59,491 bases of DNA. Source: Tubiluchus corallicola. Lineage: Eukaryota; Animalia; Priapulida. The notes beneath the pieces were generated by a model. That model saw nothing but the letters and a program-made list of their open reading frames with translations, ran no database searches and was not told the DNA's origin. Positions 9,549 to 20,075 of this stretch are shown here, one piece after another (position 1 is the stretch's first letter; each line of letters begins with the position of its first letter). The stretch spans positions 1 through 59,491 of the forward strand of contig JAQGDQ010000347.1 of the NCBI GenBank assembly GCA_030141605.1. The letters run 5' to 3'. Both the position numbers and the translations under genes were made by a program.

Positions 9549-10530
9549 TATAAATGCTAGCTTTATACTTTTTCAGGTTATCCAAATCTGCAAACCACTC
9601 ACAGGTTTTTTTCAGTCCTTCTTCAATAGAATATTTTGTTTTAAACCCAGTGTGTTTTAATAGTTTTGTATTGTCTCCCCAAAGTCTAAACACTTCTGAT
9701 TTTTCTGGTCTGATACGTTGCTGTTCTGTTACAAATCTAACATTAGAGTTCATAATTTTCTTTATCAGCTCTAAAGTATCTTTCATTGATATTTCAAAGT
9801 TAGAACAGATATTAACTTCTTCTCCTATTAAGGAATCACACTCTGAAACAGCTATAAATCCAGCAGCAGTATCTTCTACAAAGTTAAAATCCCTTGTTGG
9901 GGAAAGATCTCCTAGTTTAATTTCTTCTACTCCATTTGCAATTTGTGTAATGATTGTAGGGATAATAGCTCTGGCTGATTGTCTGGGACCATAAGTATTG
10001 AAAGGGCGAACTATCGTTACTGGTAGGTTAAAGGCATTATAAAAGCTCATTGCCATTGCATCTGCTCCAATTTTAGAAGCAGAGTAAGGAGACTGTGGTT
10101 GTTTGGGATGTTTTTCATCTATAGGAATATATTGAGCTGTCCCATATACTTCTGATGTAGAGGTATGTATCACACGTTTACATCCGTTTTCTATTGCTGC
10201 TTGACAAATATTTAAGGTTCCTTTTATATTTGTATCTACATAAGAATCAGGCGCTAAATAAGAGTACGGAATTGCTATTAATGCTCCTAAGTGATAAATC
10301 ACATCAATGTCTTTTGTTAGGTGTTTACAAAAGTGAGGATCACGAATATCTCCTGATACTACTTCAAGCTTATCATTTTCTTTTACATCTTCCAACCATC
10401 CCCAGTAATTGAATGAGTTATACAAAGAAAGAGCCTTTACATGAGCTCCCTTTTCTAATAACAATTCTGTTAAATGAGATCCAATAAAGCCATCAGCTCC
10501 TGTAACTAAAACTTGTTTATTATTTTCCAT
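9541..10530 (-). CDS. legB: NAD-dependent 4,6-dehydratase LegB
   Basis: TGADGFIGSHL, YNSFNYWGWL, ALIAIPYSY, PYSASK, RPFNTYGPRQSARA. Confidence 0.9.
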   Translation of the reverse strand: MENNKQVLVTGADGFIGSHLTELLLEKGAHVKALSLYNSFNYWGWLEDVKENDKLEVVSGDIRDPHFCKHLTKDIDVIYHLGALIAIPYSYLAPDSYVDTNIKGTLNICQAAIENGCKRVIHTSTSEVYGTAQYIPIDEKHPKQPQSPYSASKIGADAMAMSFYNAFNLPVTIVRPFNTYGPRQSARAIIPTIITQIANGVEEIKLGDLSPTRDFNFVEDTAAGFIAVSECDSLIGEEVNICSNFEISMKDTLELIKKIMNSNVRFVTEQQRIRPEKSEVFRLWGDNTKLLKHTGFKTKYSIEEGLKKTCEWFADLDNLKKYKASIYNV

Positions 10531-10785
10531 ATATTGTTAACTCTACTTATGATCACTTCTATTCACAAAACAAAAATAAAATCAGCATGAATTTATTCCT
10601 TCTTCTAAAATCTTATATAAAACTTCTTACAATACTACTGTTACTTCAACAAATTCTTCCTAAAGACTCAAACCATCATAATCATGCTTCTGTCTCAAAA
10701 CTGAACCGGCTTTTGCTAAGTATTTTTAAATTTCTTACTTGCTAGTTTGCTGCAAAATCCGCCCAAGTCTAATTCTTATCTGTGC

Positions 10786-10793
10786 CAAAGTTA
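10786..10793 (-). promoter_or_regulatory. Bacteroidota -7 promoter element (TAACTTTG) upstream of legB
   Basis: Matches the TAnnTTTG consensus on the coding strand. Confidence 0.45.
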
Positions 10794-10894
10794 ATTATCT
10801 TCTATGATAGTTATCAGTCGTCCCTTAAGAATTGGTTTTTATCGAGATAAAAAGCTGCTATTTGTCTATTTTGATCTGGCGTATTAAAAAGCTC

Positions 10895-12083
10895 TGTAAG
10901 CTTCCCCTTTTTAGGACTACTTAAAAATAGATTATTTTCTTTTTCATAACCAAATTCTGAAAGCTTTTTCAGTGTGATTTTTGGTTCTGTCAAGGGCGAC
11001 TGAGTGAGCGAAGTCGTTTATATACCCTTGACAGGTTCATGAATCACATTTACTTTGCTTTTCAGCTTTTGGTTTTTCATTTTATTGGCATAACCTATGG
11101 GGGTCATTCCTCCCAATGAATCATGCGGCCTTTTATAGTTGTAATCAAATATCCATTTATCTGTTTCATCCCTGGCTTCATCCAGCGACTGAAACAGGTA
11201 GGCATCCAATACAGCCCTGCGGTATGTTCCGTTCAGGCGTTCTACAAAAGCATTCTGTGTTGGCTTGCCTGGCTGAATATATAACAGTTCTATCCCTTGA
11301 AGCTCACTCCATTCTTTTAAAAGTTCTGCAATAAACTCAGGGCCATTATCCATCCTTATTTTTGTTGGTTTACCTCTACGCTTTATCAAGTGGTTCAAAA
11401 CATAAACTACTTTGTTACTTCGAATCGAATGGTCAAGTTCAACATGAAGTGCTTCTCGGTTAAAATCGTCCATTATATTGAAACTCTTTATCTTCCGTCC
11501 GTTTTCAAGAGCATCGTGCATAAAATCAATTGACCAGCACTGATTGATGTTTTCTGGAATTACCAAAGGAACCTTAACTCTGACAGGAAGCCTCTTCTTT
11601 ACTTTCCTGCGGATATTTAGTTTCATCAGGCAGTAAACCCGATATACTCGCTTGTGGTTCCAATCGTAACCTTCCAGACGCAATCGCCCATAGGCTTTAC
11701 AGAATCCTTCTGTAGGATGGTCTTACGCTTTTTTGGTAAGCGCCTCAATTATCCCTGCATCATCTTTTATCGATTCATAATAATAAACCGAACGACTCAT
11801 ATTTAGTACTCGGCAAGCCCTGCGGATGCCTACTTTAGGAACTTTGCAAACTTCTTTTGCAATCTCTCGTTTTTCACAAGGATTTAAAGCTTTTTTTCGA
11901 TAATCTCTTTGGCGAGTTTTAAATCCAGAGATTGTTCGGCATACATCATTTTTAACTTGCGATTCTCCTCTTCAAGCTCTTTGAGCCTTTTTAACTCGGA
12001 TGCTTCCATGCCTCCAAAACGTTGCCTCCATTTATAAAACGAGGCTCTGCTAACGCCATGGTCGCGGACAATCTCGTCTACGT
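10895..12083 (-). mobile_element. IS3-family element A, defective; 5' end replaced by an IS1634 end
   Basis: Terminus TGTAAGCTTCCCCTTTTTAGGAC at 10895; orfA ends in an A7G slippery motif (gaaaaaaagctttaa); orfB has [23 protein letters not shown]; premature TAA at 11723-11725. Confidence 0.85.
11018..12083 (-). pseudogene. IS3-family transposase orfA/orfB, N-terminally truncated, with an internal stop
   Basis: ORF fragments 11884-12105 ([19 protein letters not shown]) and 11018-11683 (rve core). Confidence 0.85.
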
Positions 12084-12114
12084 CCTGTTTTGTGCATTGC
12101 AGCACCCAAGTTTA
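12084..12114 (-). mobile_element. 31-bp right-end remnant of a fourth IS1634 copy
   Basis: cctgttttgtgcattgcagcacccaagttta is identical to 42525-42555; directly abutted by IS256. Confidence 0.9.
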
Positions 12115-12142
12115 AGCACTATCTCATAAACTGTGTAAATAG

Positions 12143-12176
12143 AAAATGCCGAGGGTTGCAACCCTCGGCATTTTTT
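12143..12176. terminator. Strong hairpin inside the IS256 left end (probable insulator/terminator)
   Basis: aaaatgccgagggttgcaaccctcggcatttt is a perfect inverted repeat followed by a T run. Confidence 0.65.
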
Positions 12177-12203
12177 TGTTTAATTTTAAAACTTTAGACA
12201 GTA

Positions 12204-13400
12204 ATGAAAAAAGAAGATTTATTAAATGATGATTTCCTTGAACAGTTTAATTCAGGGGAAGAGCTCAATGGTTTTTTACAAGAGCTCCAAAAACGAGGCA
12301 TTGAAAAGATGCTTGAAGGAGAACTCGATGGTCATTTAGGCTATGATAAGAATCAAAAATCGGATAATCAGAATGCCCGCAATGGCTATTCAGAGAAGAG
12401 AGTCCGAACCACTCTGGGAGAATCCAACATTCAGGTTCCCCGAGACCGTGATTCTTCGTTTAATCCGATGATTGTACCCAAAGGAGGGAACATGGTCGAT
12501 GGCTTAGAGAATATCATTGTTTCGTTTTATGCTAAAGGAATGAGTAATAGCGATATTGAAGAGCAAATTCGGGAGCTATACGGTTTTGAAGTTTCCACAT
12601 CCACCATATCAAGGATTACCGATTCAGTCACCAACGACATTGTAGCGTGGCAGAACCGACCTCTGGAAACTGTATACCTAATTGTTTGGATGGATGGCAT
12701 TGTATTTAAAGTGCGGGAGAACTCTAAGGTCGTCAACAAAACCGTTTACATTGCCGTAGGACTTCGCAGAGATGGGAAAAAAGAGGTTCTTGGCTTATGG
12801 TTGGGCAAGAGTGAGTCCGCTGCCTTTTGGATGAACGTACTTACCGATATGAAAGCCCGTGGAGTTAACGATATTCTGATTACGGCAACAGATAACTTGA
12901 ATGGTTTTACAGATACTATCCGAACTGTTTTCCCTGAATCTAAAACACAAATATGTGTTGTTCATCAAATCCGTAACGCAAGCAGATACGTGGTTTGGAA
13001 AGATAAAAAGGCATTTACAAAAGATATGAAGCAAATCTATAATGCCCCTACAAAAGAGGCTGCAAAAGCAGCTTTAGAAGATTTTGCAGCAGCTTGGGAG
13101 GATAAATACTCTTACGCAATTAAAAGCTGGCGAGACAACTGGGAAGACCTAACAGTATTCTTTGAGTTTCCGCTGGAAATCAGAAAGATAATTTATACAA
13201 CCAACCTGATTGAGAATCTCAACGGAAAAATCAGAAAATACACAAAAAACAAACTTTCATTCCCGTCAGACCAGGCTGTAATGAAATCTGTATTTTTGGC
13301 AACCAGAGAAGCAACTAAAAAATGGTCAATGCCAATCAGAAACTGGGGCATTGTCTTGAATCAGTTCTTAGTTATATTTGAAAAAAGGGTCCAGCTATAA
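12204..13400 (+). CDS. IS256-family transposase
   Basis: 398 aa, complete, with Mutator/IS256 DDE motifs. Confidence 0.93.
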   Translation: MKKEDLLNDDFLEQFNSGEELNGFLQELQKRGIEKMLEGELDGHLGYDKNQKSDNQNARNGYSEKRVRTTLGESNIQVPRDRDSSFNPMIVPKGGNMVDGLENIIVSFYAKGMSNSDIEEQIRELYGFEVSTSTISRITDSVTNDIVAWQNRPLETVYLIVWMDGIVFKVRENSKVVNKTVYIAVGLRRDGKKEVLGLWLGKSESAAFWMNVLTDMKARGVNDILITATDNLNGFTDTIRTVFPESKTQICVVHQIRNASRYVVWKDKKAFTKDMKQIYNAPTKEAAKAALEDFAAAWEDKYSYAIKSWRDNWEDLTVFFEFPLEIRKIIYTTNLIENLNGKIRKYTKNKLSFPSDQAVMKSVFLATREATKKWSMPIRNWGIVLNQFLVIFEKRVQL

Positions 13401-13452
13401 ATAGCCAAACCCTCGGTATTTTTTTAGTTTACACACTTTGTGAAACAGTGTC

Positions 13453-14885
13453 CAATAAATCAAAAGTGCTACACTGCGATTTTCTGATTCCTTTTTCTTT
13501 TTTCATTTAGCGTTTTTATTTTAATGTTTTCACGATTGCCCAGTAACTGTTTTTGCCTTCCAAAATACACGTCGGCAGGTGTAACATTCTTGAGTGATTC
13601 ATGATACCGGTGGTTGTTGTAATTATATACAAACTCCTGTAGAACCGTCATTAGTTCATCAGGAAAGTAGTAGTTATCCAACTTTACCTGATTTTTCATG
13701 GTGCGGTGGTAACGCTCAATTTTCCCTTGTGTTTGAGGGTGGTATGGGGCTCCACGTAAATGTCCCATTTTGGTGTCTTTTAAAAAGCTTTGAAACTCGT
13801 TTGATATGTAGCACGCTCCATTATCGGAGAGTAACCTGGGACAATCGTCTGCAGGTATTTTGGCCGTATAAAGCCTTTTGAATAACATGCTTGGCATCGG
13901 CCGACTCAATGCTTTGGCAAAGCTCCCAGGTGACGATATACCTTGAATAATCGTCCATTACGGTAGCCAAATAATACCAGCCCCATCCAATGATTTTAAA
14001 GTAGGTGAAATCGGTTTGCCATTGCTGGTGCACACGCGTGGTCTTATCTTTAAAATCATCGGATGCAGCCATTAAAAGCCACGCAGGAGATGTGATTAGC
14101 ACTTGCTCTTTGAGAATCCGATATACGCTGGTTTCGCTGATAAACCACTTTTGATGGTCGGTGATGTGGTGGGCTAGTTCCCTAGGCGATAAGTCTGTAC
14201 GTTACAAAGCGGTGTCTAAAACCAGTTCTCGTTCTTTGTTGGATATCTTGTCCCAGAACTTTTTGCGTTTTACCGGCTTGGGCTTGAGTGCATCATATCC
14301 TCCCTCAAGGAAGCGTTTGTACCACTCGTAAAAGGTACTTCGGCTGATGTCAAGTTCTTCAAGTGTGCGCTTAACTCCGAATTCCGAATCTTGAACAATA
14401 CGGATAATTTCCATCTTTTCACTGGCGCTTCGTCTCATATATTTATAAGTTACTCGGTTCCAGTTAAGCTTTTTTTAAGCATGCGTACTTCCAAACTCAG
14501 CTCTGCTACAAGCTGCTTTAGGTCGTGGTTCTCGTTCTTTAAACCGTTTACTTCGCCCGATGTAGCTTCCCGTTTAATGTCACCTGCAAGGCGTTTTTTG
14601 CCAGCTTCCATAAAATCTTTACTCCACTTGTAATAAAGGTTCGCGTTGATGCCTTCTTTTAGGCATAACTCGGCAATGCTATATTCGCCACGCATGCCCT
14701 CTAGTAAAATCCTGATTTTTTCTTCAGCTGATTACTTCTTCCTCGTGTGTCTCTTAATCTCTTTTACCTTTTGTTCGGTAGTCTGTTTTTTTGCCTTAAT
14801 CTTATTCGTTTTTATTGGTTATAATTTAAGAAATGTCTCTCTTAATTTTTAAACCAATTTGTCCGAATTAAGCTGAAGATTTACA
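13453..14885 (-). mobile_element. IS3-family element B, defective; right end clipped by IS256
   Basis: Left terminus TGTAAATCTTCAGCTTAATTCGGAC (minus strand) at 14885; orfA and orfB fragments; no right IR before IS256. Confidence 0.8.
13469..14800 (-). pseudogene. IS3-family transposase with multiple lesions
   Basis: Fragments with WQTDFTYF, LLSDNG, HPQTQGKIERYH; stops at 14732-14734 and 14202-14204; frameshift near 13870. Confidence 0.85.
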
Positions 14886-14991
14886 CTTCACTGAATCTCT
14901 CTAAGCGTGATTTCTGGAATTGTTGCAGATATGCCTTTATGGTTTTAATCTCCTGAGAGAGTGACAGGATTAGTTCAATAATCTCTGTCAT
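14886..14991 (-). pseudogene. 5' part of a small ICE gene (MTEIIELILSLSQEIKTIK...), interrupted by IS3 element B
   Basis: ATG overlaps the TGA of the upstream HTH gene (ATGA coupling); the frame stays open up to the IS terminus. Confidence 0.55.
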
Positions 14992-15296
14992 AGCTTTACT
15001 CTCCCTTTTTTGATTAAGTAATCAGCAGCTTGTTGCTGAATTTCATCATTAGTTGATGTGCGGTTGCGTAGCAACCACTCATCTAACTCAAGTCGTTTGA
15101 AATAAAGTCGCTTCCCCTGTGGACAGAAGTGCGGAATGGATTTGCTGCTCGTCAGCTTGTATAAGTGACTTTGGCTGAGATCCAAGTACTGACATGCTTC
15201 ATTGAAGTTTAAGACTTCCTTTTGAAGTATATTTTGCTCGGTGAGCATACGCTCGATATTATCGAGCTTTTCGATTATTCGATTTTGATCTAACAT
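14988..15296 (-). CDS. Excisionase/AlpA-like helix-turn-helix DNA-binding protein
   Basis: KEVLNFNEACQYLDLSQSHLYKLTS...IPHFCPQGKRLYF is a typical HTH_17 pattern of Bacteroidota integrative elements. Confidence 0.85.
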   Translation of the reverse strand: MLDQNRIIEKLDNIERMLTEQNILQKEVLNFNEACQYLDLSQSHLYKLTSSKSIPHFCPQGKRLYFKRLELDEWLLRNRTSTNDEIQQQAADYLIKKGRVKL

Positions 15297-15438
15297 CTTT
15301 GTTACGTGTTAAAAGTTCAACAAATGGATTGTTGTGCCTTTCGCTCACCGAAAGCAAGGCACGTGCTTTCAATGAACTTCGTAACAAAGAGAGGAGGTAA
15401 GAGAAGGGAAGGAAAGAGGTAACGCTACCTTACCAATA

Positions 15439-17047
15439 TTACCCTTCCATAGATTTCATATCATGCTGATAGCTAGAGGGTTTAACACTAAATTTTGTTT
15501 TGGTGGTATTCCATTCAATATTCTTGAATTGTTCAAATACCGCATGTAAAAAATCAATCCATTCAGGTTTGATGGTTTTTGTGGTGTATAGCTCTTTATG
15601 GATTAGGTAAAAGGTATAGCGGATCATACCCGTACTAATGTTGATTTGAGAAATCTTGTTGATTTTGTCAGGGAGCTTTTCATTTTCAATCAGAAAATCC
15701 ACCATCTGCAACAAGCGATTGTAATCATCATCTTTCATGATCTTATCCTGCTGTGGATTGTTGCCAGATAAGAAATTGAGGAAATTCCTAGCAGTGCCTT
15801 TTTGCGAAGCAAAATCAGGCCGCTCACGCTTAGCCTTTGGTGTTGCTTTTTGTTCATTTGATCCTTTCCCAATTTGCGTAGCTGTAAATGTCTGGGTAAA
15901 GTGATTTCGATATAATTCCTTTTGGGTTTCCAGCCAGTGGTTCAACTTACGACATACACTATGCTTCAAGGTAGAATCTGCTACTTTAGGAAGCTCAGGC
16001 ACGATATTAGACGCATCCTGAATTTCTTCTATCTGCTCAAATCGTTCATGTCCAAAAACAAACTGTTCAATCTCTGCTTTGTATTGAGCCTTAATGGTTT
16101 TAAATAGGCTATCTGCAAATGAAGGAGCGTATAGGTCTTCAAATGAATGTTGCTTCGGGTCTTCCAATTGAGCTTCAATGAAAAGTCGATTCTCAATTGC
16201 GGTAATGGCTTGAATTAACTTTGAGTTACTTGTATCGCTGATCAGGAGGTCATGAAGTTCTTTTAGAACTGAATGTGCTTTGTCTTCCTTAAAATCCTGA
16301 GTATCCGCAATATTCTGTGCTCTGCGTATCGCTAGTCCCTTCGAGACTTTTTGGTAAGTGATTTCGGGAGGTGTTTTCCCTAATACCTGGGCATAAAGTT
16401 CTGATGCGGTCTTTCCCAAGTCGCCAACGAAAGAGGAAAAAGTTGAAAGGATCTCATAGTAAACCCTTATCAAGGTGATTTGTAAAGTGTAGTACACAAA
16501 ATGTGTATTCATCTGAATACGCTCGGTATCGGTTTCTTCATTGGTTGGTTGATAGAATGGAGTATCAGTGTTTGGAAGAAATTTTAATTCTTTAGCAGTA
16601 TTCTTTAAGTAAGTATTCAGTTTGTAGTAAGACCTTTTGAAGCAGGAATCTACCATCAGCATGGGTTCCCATAGCCTGTATTTCATGAGCAAGCTCATGA
16701 ATGATTCGTGTGCCTTCATTTTTGATAAGGTAATAGTAGTACTCGGTAGTGGAGTTGAAATATGGTGGAATGTCAATATCAATGCCCGGTTCAAAGACTT
16801 CATCTCTTATTCCACTGATTTCAATTTTTCCTTCTTCAGGGTTGAGGTTTACATAGTACTCTTCTTTATTTAAAAGGAAAGGATGTTCTGCCAGTGCTTT
16901 CTTTAACTCAGCTTCAAACTCTTCCATTGTGCCAGGCACTTTAAATGTTGGGTTGAGCTTTGATGTGAAGTACTTTTCTTCACGATTGTTTCCTGTGAAT
17001 GGCTGAAGCTCTCCAAACAGGATGCTATTGAATATTTTCAGTTCCAT
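15439..17047 (-). pseudogene. About 535-aa hypothetical ICE protein split by a 1-nt frameshift near 16605
   Basis: ORFs 16592-17047 and 15439-16803 overlap; removing one A in cttaaagaatact (minus strand) joins them; starts immediately after the integrase stop. Confidence 0.65.
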
Positions 17048-18142
17048 CTATAGATCAAGTTTAATTTTGCTGGCAGCTTCTTTCTTCTTGTCGTCAATGA
17101 TCTTGGCATAGACTTGAGTAGTTTTCAATTCCTTATGCCCTAAGAGCTTAGAGACCGTGTAAATGTCCGTTCCTGCCGTGAGCTGTAAAGTAGCGTAGGT
17201 GTGACGGGCACAGTGAAAAGTAATGGTCTTGGAGATGCCTGCTTTCATCATCCACTGTTGCAATTTCAAGTTGTGCCAAGCCGAGTATTTCAATCCTTTG
17301 AATACTCTTTCGTCTTTATCATCCCTTTCACCGAGCAAGCCAAAGGCTTGATCAGAAATGGGTAAGGTTTCAGCTCCTTTGGTTTTCTTCTGCCTGAAAC
17401 GGATGTAGTAACCCCTGTCATTGGAATGCTGTACTTCGGACCATACAAGTTTTTGAATGTCTGACCAGCGCAATCCAGTAAGGCATGAGAATATGAATGC
17501 AGTTTTGAGTTGCTCGTTTTCGCATTCGGTATTGGCAGCAGCTTGCAGCTCTTCAAGTGTGAGGAACTCTCTTTCCGGATCTCCTTGCTTGAAGGCATCT
17601 ACGCCTTCCGCAGGATAGTGTGGAATTATGCCGTCCTTCACTGCTTGCTTTAGTGCAGCTCTAAGCTTGTTGAAGTAAGAGTATTTGGAGTTTTGCGATA
17701 GCTTATTTGTGCCGTGAGTGATTGCTTTCTTGTCGAGGTATTCTTTGAAGTCCTGGACAATCTGACGATCAACAAACTCAAAGGCAATATCCTGTGGCAT
17801 GAACTTCTTGAAATGCTTTATCATACTATCCCAATTTCCGTAATTACCCGCACTGTCTTGTCGCTTGTTGGCAAGTAATTCTAAATAGGCAGTTTCACTG
17901 CCTATTAGTTTCTCATTGTCACGGAAGCCATAAGTGCCGTTTTGAATTTCAATCTGTCGCTGTGCTCTGATGGTTTCAGCTAATTGAAGTGTCTTTTTGT
18001 TGACTTCCTTCTGCTCTTTGGTTTTCGGGTTGGGATCAAGGTATAGCTGGAGGTATTCCGTTTTGCGTTTTCCCTTGTTGTAGTAATCAAGGTAGAGGCT
18101 GGTCTTACCGCCTTGGTTCCTTTGTCTTAGTGTTACTTTCAT
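17048..18142 (-). CDS. Tyrosine recombinase (site-specific integrase) with arm-binding and SAM-like domains
   Basis: SLYLDYY N-terminus; TGLRWSDI, ITFHCARHTYAT, LLGH, TTQVYAKI (R-H-R-H-Y catalytic set). Confidence 0.93.
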   Translation of the reverse strand: MKVTLRQRNQGGKTSLYLDYYNKGKRKTEYLQLYLDPNPKTKEQKEVNKKTLQLAETIRAQRQIEIQNGTYGFRDNEKLIGSETAYLELLANKRQDSAGNYGNWDSMIKHFKKFMPQDIAFEFVDRQIVQDFKEYLDKKAITHGTNKLSQNSKYSYFNKLRAALKQAVKDGIIPHYPAEGVDAFKQGDPEREFLTLEELQAAANTECENEQLKTAFIFSCLTGLRWSDIQKLVWSEVQHSNDRGYYIRFRQKKTKGAETLPISDQAFGLLGERDDKDERVFKGLKYSAWHNLKLQQWMMKAGISKTITFHCARHTYATLQLTAGTDIYTVSKLLGHKELKTTQVYAKIIDDKKKEAASKIKLDL

Positions 18143-18450
18143 GCCTGAAACAGTTTATCGATTTCCGTTCTCCTTATTATGGTGCGTCTGCCAAGTTTAG
18201 CGGCAGTCAATTGCTTTCTATCTATCATGCGATAGATTGTCCAGCGGCTTGTACCTAATAGCTTACAAGCGTCCTGAATACTTAGAAAGTCTTTTGATTG
18301 AATGCCGTTAACTGAAGTTGAAGAGGAGGAGGTATCAACGGTCTGGAGCTTTTCCTGTCGCTTACGTTTCTTGTAGGCACGTTTAGCGCAGTTATCCGAG
18401 CAATACTTGGTTACAGTAGTCTTTGCGATGAAGATTTCACCACAATACAT
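18139..18450 (-). CDS. Excisionase-type HTH protein with N-terminal Cys cluster; original start possibly lost
   Basis: YCG...YCSDNC plus FLSIQDACKLLGTSRWTIYR; coupled to the integrase via ATGA. Confidence 0.75.
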   Translation of the reverse strand: MYCGEIFIAKTTVTKYCSDNCAKRAYKKRKRQEKLQTVDTSSSSTSVNGIQSKDFLSIQDACKLLGTSRWTIYRMIDRKQLTAAKLGRRTIIRRTEIDKLFQA

Positions 18451-18470
18451 GCAAGTCTTTTCGATTCTGA

Positions 18471-18700
18471 TGTAGCTACATGTAGCTGGTTGTAGCTCTA
18501 TATAGCATCATTTCTCCTTTGCTCTAAAATCTTGTTGCTACCAACAAATTTGTTTCTATTAGCAACCGATTAGCAACAAATATACGGAAAATAAAGGAAA
18601 ATTAGCAATAAACAAAGGAAGTAAAAACTGCTTAAAATGCACTAAAAGAAGCATTTAGCTAAGAAAAAGAAAAGTAATTACTTCCCGATACAGAAATTCT
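18471..18700. promoter_or_regulatory. Putative att region of the integrative element at the mnmE 3' end
   Basis: TGTAGCT repeated with 10-bp period (18471-18497); several TAGCAAC/TAGCAAT copies (about 18533-18609); TATATTTG promoter (18577-18584, minus strand); abuts the mnmE stop. Confidence 0.55.
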
Positions 18701-20075
18701 TAAAAATATTATTTAGTATTTCGTCTGTAGACACCTCGCCTGTTATCTCTCCCAGGTAATGCATACACTCTCGAATATCCTGCGCCAGGAAGTCGCCTGA
18801 CACACATGATTGCAGCCCCTCCCGCACACGGGCAATTGATTTGCTAGCATGGGTAAGAGCCTCATAGTGGCGTATATTAGCCACTATCACATCACCGGTG
18901 TCAATATTTGACACTCCCGCTACTTCAGACAGCATAGAGGTAAGCTTACCAATATTTAGCAGCTTTTTGGCAGAAATAAAGACAAGCTTCCCTATTTTGG
19001 GTAGTTCTATGGTTGAGGTTATTTTACTTACAGTTTCGTTATCCACCATATCCACTTTATTGCCTACCACTATTAACTGCTGATTATCTATTCCCGAGCA
19101 TATCTTTTGCAGCCTTCTATTACTATGGGCAACAGGCATTGTTACATCTATAACAAAGAGCACTATACCAGCCTGTCGCAGCTTACTATAAGTTCGTTCA
19201 ATGCCCAGACTCTCAACTTTGTCATCTGTGTCCCTTATTCCTGCTGTATCGAAGAGCCGAAATGTTACACCGTCTATACTAATGACCTCTTCTATAACAT
19301 CACGAGTTGTTCCGTGTATATCAGAGACAATGGCCTTATCCTCATTTAAAAGGGCGTTTAATAATGTAGACTTACCCACATTGGTCTCTCCAGCGATGAC
19401 TACAGGAACACCTTTCTTTATAGCATTACCTACCTGAAACGACCTAGCCAGCTTCCCGATTATATTCTCTATAGTGGCAGCCATCTCGCTGAGCTTGCCG
19501 CAATCTGCAAACTCAACATCCTCTTCGCTAAAATCCAGCTCAAGCTCTATAAGGGATACAAAATTCAGCAATCGTGTGCGCAAACCGGCCAACTCACTGG
19601 AGAAACCCCCTCTCATCTGGGTTATAGCCAATCTATGCGATGCTGCCGAATCGGAAGCTATAAGGTCGGCAACAGACTCAGCTTGTGCCATATCTATTTT
19701 GCCATTCAGAAAAGCCCTTTTCGTAAACTCCCCCGGCTGCGCCATCTGGGCACCTTTTGATATCAGAAGTTGTAAAACAGACTGCTGTATATATGAAGAA
19801 CCATGGCATGATATCTCCACAACATCCTCACCTGTAGAAGAGTGAGGGGCTCTGAATAGAACCACAACCACTTCATCGACGACTACTCCTCCATCAACAA
19901 TGGCCCCAAAATGTGTAGAGTTAGCCCTCTGCCCTACCAGTTTCTTACTTTTATCGGGCGAAACAAATATTTCATCGGCAATAACTATCGCACTTTTTCC
20001 TGAAAGGCGCACAATAGCGAGAGCCCCCACTCCGGGGGGGGTAGATATAGCGCAGATCGTAGGTTGGGCAATCAT
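18678..20075 (-). CDS. mnmE: tRNA modification GTPase MnmE
   Basis: TGEDVVEISCHGS, PGEFTKRAFLNGK, GETNVGKSTL, GTTRD, DTAGIR, C-terminal FCIGK. Confidence 0.97.
   Translation of the reverse strand: MIAQPTICAISTPPGVGALAIVRLSGKSAIVIADEIFVSPDKSKKLVGQRANSTHFGAIVDGGVVVDEVVVVLFRAPHSSTGEDVVEISCHGSSYIQQSVLQLLISKGAQMAQPGEFTKRAFLNGKIDMAQAESVADLIASDSAASHRLAITQMRGGFSSELAGLRTRLLNFVSLIELELDFSEEDVEFADCGKLSEMAATIENIIGKLARSFQVGNAIKKGVPVVIAGETNVGKSTLLNALLNEDKAIVSDIHGTTRDVIEEVISIDGVTFRLFDTAGIRDTDDKVESLGIERTYSKLRQAGIVLFVIDVTMPVAHSNRRLQKICSGIDNQQLIVVGNKVDMVDNETVSKITSTIELPKIGKLVFISAKKLLNIGKLTSMLSEVAGVSNIDTGDVIVANIRHYEALTHASKSIARVREGLQSCVSGDFLAQDIRECMHYLGEITGEVSTDEILNNIFKNFCIGK

Larger units (their letters stand above)
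12115..13452 (+). mobile_element. IS256-family element, copy 2 (1338 bp, intact)
   Basis: Imperfect 26-bp IRs (agcactatctcataaactgtgtaaat / gtttacacactttgtgaaacagtgtc); the flanks show no target duplication. Confidence 0.9.

Noticed and set aside
10826-10894. Short open frame (LFNTPDQNRQIAAFISIKTNS*) ending beside the IS3-A terminus, possibly a truncated gene tail
   Set aside because: Too short to assign to any family without a search.
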